A DNA stretch of 64,000 bases. Source: Chrysomallon squamiferum (taxonomy: Eukaryota > Animalia > Mollusca). Below the pieces are notes generated by a model, which saw nothing but the letters and a program-made list of their open reading frames with translations, ran no database searches and was not told where the DNA came from. The DNA lies in the NCBI GenBank assembly GCA_012295275.1, contig CM022679.1, positions 31,642,905-31,706,904 of the forward strand, read 5' to 3'. Made by a program: the position numbers and the translations under genes. Positions 59,701 through 64,000 of the stretch are shown one piece after another. Position 1 is the first letter of the stretch; each line of letters begins with the position of its first letter.

Positions 59701-62700
59701 TTTCTTTCTTAGTTAGATAATTTTTAACGTACATAATTACATTCTCACTTTCTAACGTAATTATTGTCGTTCTTACTTCCTTTCTTGCTTACTTAGGTAA
59801 TTACAGACGTACTTACTTACATTCTATCTTACTTACGTAATTATTTACGTACCTGCCAGCTTACTTCCTTACTTAGGTAATTATTTAAGAAGTTACTTAC
59901 TTTCTTTCTTACTTAGGTAATTATTTACGTACTTATTTACTTTCTTTCTTTCTTAGGTAATTACTGATGTACATCCTTACGTTCTTAGTTGCTTAGGTAA
60001 TTATTTACGTACTTTACTTCGTTTCTTGCTTACTTAGGTAATTATACACATATTTACTTATATTCTTTCCTTTTTAAGTAGTTATTTACGTATCTACTAG
60101 CTTACTTGCTTACTTAGGTAATTATTTACGTACTTACTTACTTTCTTTCTTACTTAGGTAATTATTTACGTACTTATTTACTTCCCTGTCTTTCTTAGGT
60201 AATTAGTAATGTAGTTATTTACATTCTTAATTGCTGAGGTAACTATTGATGTACTTCGTTGCTTTCTTTTCTTAGTTATGTGATTATACACATAATTACT
60301 GATATTATATCTTACTTACATACTTATTTTAGTAATTAGTAGAGTACTTGATTAGTTATGTAATTATATACCTACTGACTTACTTTCTTTCTTAGTTAGG
60401 GAATTATTTAGTATTTACATACTTTCTTTCTTTCTTAGGTAATTGCTAATGTGCTTACTTACATTCTTACTTGCATAGGCAATGTTTTACATACTGACTG
60501 GCCTTCTTGCTTACTTAGGTAACCATTTACGAAGTTATCATGTTTCTTGCTTAGTTAGCAAAGTACTTATGTACTTACTTGCTTTCATGCTTACTTAGGT
60601 AATGATTTACACGAAATTACCAGGTTCTTTTGCTTAGTTAGCTAGTTACTTATGTACTTACTTGGTTTCTTTTCTTAGTTAGATAATTGTTAACGTACAT
60701 AATTACATTCTCACTTTCTAACGTAATTATTGTCGTTCTTACTTCCTTTCTTGCTTACTTAGGTAATTACAGACGTACTTACTTACATTCAATCTTACTT
60801 AGGTAATTACTTACGTAGCTGCCAGCTTACTTCCTTACTTAGGTAATTATTTACGTACTTACTTACTTTCTTTCTTACTTAGGTAATTGTTTACGTACTT
60901 ATTTACTTTCCCTCTTTCTTAGGTAATTAGTAATGTAGTTATTTACATTCTTACTTGCTGAGGTAACTATTGATGTACTTCGTTGCTTTCTTTCTTAGGT
61001 GATTATACACACAATTACTGATGTTATATCCTACTTACATACTTATTTAAGTAATTAGTAGAGTACTTGCTTACTTAGGTAATTATATACCTACTGACTT
61101 ACTTTCTTTCTTACTTAGGGAATTATTTAGTATTTACATACTTTCTTTCTTTCTTAGGTAATTGCTAATGTGCTTACTTGCATGCATAGGCAATGTTTTA
61201 CATACTGACTGGCCTTCTTGCTTACTTAGGTAACCATTTACGAAGTTATCATCTTTCTTGCTTAGTTAGCAAAGTACTTATGTACTTACTTGCTTTCATG
61301 CTTACTTAGTTAATGATTTACGAAATTACCAGGTTCTTTGCTTAGTTAGCTAATTACTTATGTACTTACTTGCTTTCTTTCTTAGTTAGATAATTGTTAA
61401 CGTTACATAATTACATTCTCACTTTCTAACGTAATTATTGTCGTTCTTACTTCCTTTCTTGCTTACTTAGGTAATTACAGACGTACTTACTTACATTCTA
61501 TCTTACTTAGGTAATTATTTACGTACCTGCCAGCTTACTTCCTTACTTAGGTAATTATTTAAGAAGTTACTTACTTTCTTTCTTACTTAGGTAATTATTT
61601 ACGCACTTATTTACTTTCTTTCTTTCTTAGGTAATTACTGATGTACATCCCACGTTCTTAGTTGTTTAGGTAATTATGGACGTACTTACGTCGTTTCTTG
61701 CTTACTTAGGTAATTATACACATATTTACTTATATTCTTTCCTTTTTAAGTAGTTATTTACGTATCTACTAGCTTACTTGCTTACTTAGGTAATTATTTA
61801 CGTACTTACTTACTTTCTTTCTTACTTAGGTAATTATTTACGTACTTATTTACTTCCCCTCTTTCTTAGGTAATTAGTAATGTAGTTATTTTACATTCTT
61901 AAATTGCTGAGGTAACTATTGATGCCTTCTGTTGCTTTCTTTCTTAGTTAGTGATTATACACATAATTACTGATATTATATCTTACTTACATACTTATTT
62001 TAGTAATTAGTAGAGTACTTGATTAGTTATGTAATTATATACCTACTGACTTACTTTCTTTCTTAGTTAGGGAATTATTTAGTATTTACATACTTTCTTT
62101 CTTTCTTAGGTAATTGCAATGTTATGTCGATTACATTCTTACTTGCATAGGCAATGTTTTACATACTGACAGGCCTTCTTCCCACTTAGGTAACCATTTA
62201 CTAAGTTATCATGTTTCTGGTTTAGTTAGCAAAAAGCACTTATGTAATTACTTGCTTTCATGCTTTCTTAGGTAATGATTTACGAAATTACCAGGTTCTT
62301 TGCTTAGTTAGCTAATTACTTATGTACTTACTTGCTTTCTTTCTTAGTTAGATAATTGTTAACGTACATAATTACATTCTCACTTTCTAACGTAATTATT
62401 GTCGTTCTTACTTCCTTTCTTCCCTTACTTAGGTGATTACAGACGTAATTTACTTACATTCAATCTTACTTAGGTAATTACTTACGTAGCTGCCAGCTTA
62501 CTTCCTTACTTAGGTAATTATTTCACGTGCCTTACTTTCTTTTCTTACTTTAGGTAATTGTTTACATTTCTTTTTACTTTCCCTCTTTCTTAGGTAATTA
62601 GTAATGTAGTTATTTACATTCTTACTTTGCTGAGGTAACTATTGATGTACTTCGTTGCTTTCTCTTAGGTGATTATACACACAATTACTGATATTATATC

Positions 62701-64000
62701 TTACATAATTATTTAAGTAATTAGTAGAGTACTTAGCTTACTTAGGTAATTATATACCCACTGACCTAAATTCTTTGTTACTTAGGGAATTATTTAGTAT
62801 TTACATACTTCTTTGTTTTGTTAGGTAATTGCTAAAACGCTTACTTTACATTCTTACTTGCATAGGCAATGTTTTACACACTTGGCTGGCCTTCTTGCTT
62901 ACTTAGGTAACTATTACTTAGTTATCATCTTTCTTGCTTAGTTAAAAAGCAATTCTATGTACCTTAGTTGCTTCATGCTTACTTAGTTAATGATTTTAAA
63001 ATTACCAGGTTCTTTGCTTAGTTAGGTAAATTACTTATGTACTTACTTGCTTTCTTTCTTAGTTAGATAATTTTTAACGTACATAATTACATTCTCACTT
63101 TCTAACGTAATTATTAATCGTTCTTACTTCCTTTCTTGCTTACTTAGGTAATTACAGACGTACTTTTACCACATTTCTATCTTACTTACATTGTAATTAT
63201 TTACGCACCACCGCCAGCTTACTCTTACTTAGGTAATTATTTAAGAAGTTACTTACTTTTCTTTCTTACTTAGGTAATTATTTACATTACTTATTTACTT
63301 TCTTTCTTTCTTAGGTAATTACTGATGTACATCCCCCGTTCTTAGTTGCTTAGGTAATTATTTTACGTACTTACTTCTTTTCTTGCTTACTTAGGTAATT
63401 ATACACATATTTACTTATATTCTTTCCTTTAAGTAGTTATTTTACGTATCTACTACTTTAACTTGCTTACTTAGGTAATTATTTTACGTACTTTACTTAC
63501 TTTCTTTCTTACTTAGGTAATTATTTACGTAATTTCTATTTACTTCCTGTCTTTCTTAGGTAATTAGTAATGTAGGTTATTTTACATTCTTGTTGCTGAG
63601 GTAACTATTGATGTAAATTTCGTTGCTTTCTTTCTTAGTTAGGTGATTATACACATAATTTACTGATATTATATCTTACTTACATACTTATTTTAGTAAT
63701 TAGTAAGAGTACTTGATTAGTTATGTAAATTATACACTGACTTACTTTTCTTTCTTAATTTGGGGAATTATTTAGTATTTTACATGCTTTCTTTTTCTTT
63801 CTTAGGTAATTACTAAATGTGCTTCACCATTCTTATACTTGCATGACGTATTTTACATACTGACAAGACCTTCTTACTTGGGCCAACCATTTACTAAGTT
63901 ATCCATGTTTCTTTCTTAGTTAGCCAAAGCACTTATGCTTACTTGCTTTCATACTTTCTTAGGTAATGATTTACGAAATTACCAGGTTCTTTTGTAGTTA
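26787..64000 (+). repeat. 40-bp monomer satellite (CTTAGGTAATTATTTACGTACTTACTTACTTTCTTTCTTA) organised in higher-order repeats
   Basis: AGGTAATT recurs every 40 bp (27441, 27481, 27521). The marker GCATAGGCAATG lies at 29858, 30573, 31568, 32283, 32683, 33674, 34389, 34789, 35749 and 36468, giving spacings of ~715, ~995, 400 and 960. Confidence 0.97.

Noticed and set aside
26787-64000. CRISPR-like array (constant CTTAGGTAATTA plus variable segments)
   Set aside because: The variable parts are diverged copies of the same 40-bp monomer and recur periodically. There are no unique spacers or cas genes, and the context is eukaryotic.
26787-64000. Arthropod-type (TTAGG)n telomere
   Set aside because: TTAGG occurs once per 40-bp monomer and the underlying period is 4 bp, not 5.

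Overview
Eukaryotic, AT-rich, microsatellite-rich sequence, most consistent with an invertebrate animal (a mollusc is a guess). Two 200-N gaps split it into three blocks. (1) 1-6842 is a 53-bp satellite built from degenerate TTAGGG-like hexamers. (2) 7043-26586 is a ~6.96-kb unit present as two full tandem copies, one partial copy and one partial inverted copy, the last two forming a palindrome with ~3.1-kb arms. The unit carries the first three exons of a secreted protein gene (signal peptide, putative lysozyme/lytic-transglycosylase-like domain, N-terminal part of a vWA domain), a decayed pogo/Tigger-type DDE transposon, a chain of exon-like segments on the opposite strand and a 46-bp minisatellite. 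Only one gene copy (13938-15903) lacks an in-exon stop or frameshift, and no copy has the C-terminal half of the vWA domain. (3) 26787-64000 is a 40-bp satellite with nested periodicity (4 bp, 40 bp, ~0.72/1.0 kb, ~1.7 kb, ~23 kb), resembling centromeric or pericentromeric higher-order repeats. No RNA genes or CRISPR arrays are supported. All family assignments come from motif recognition by eye, not from database searches.
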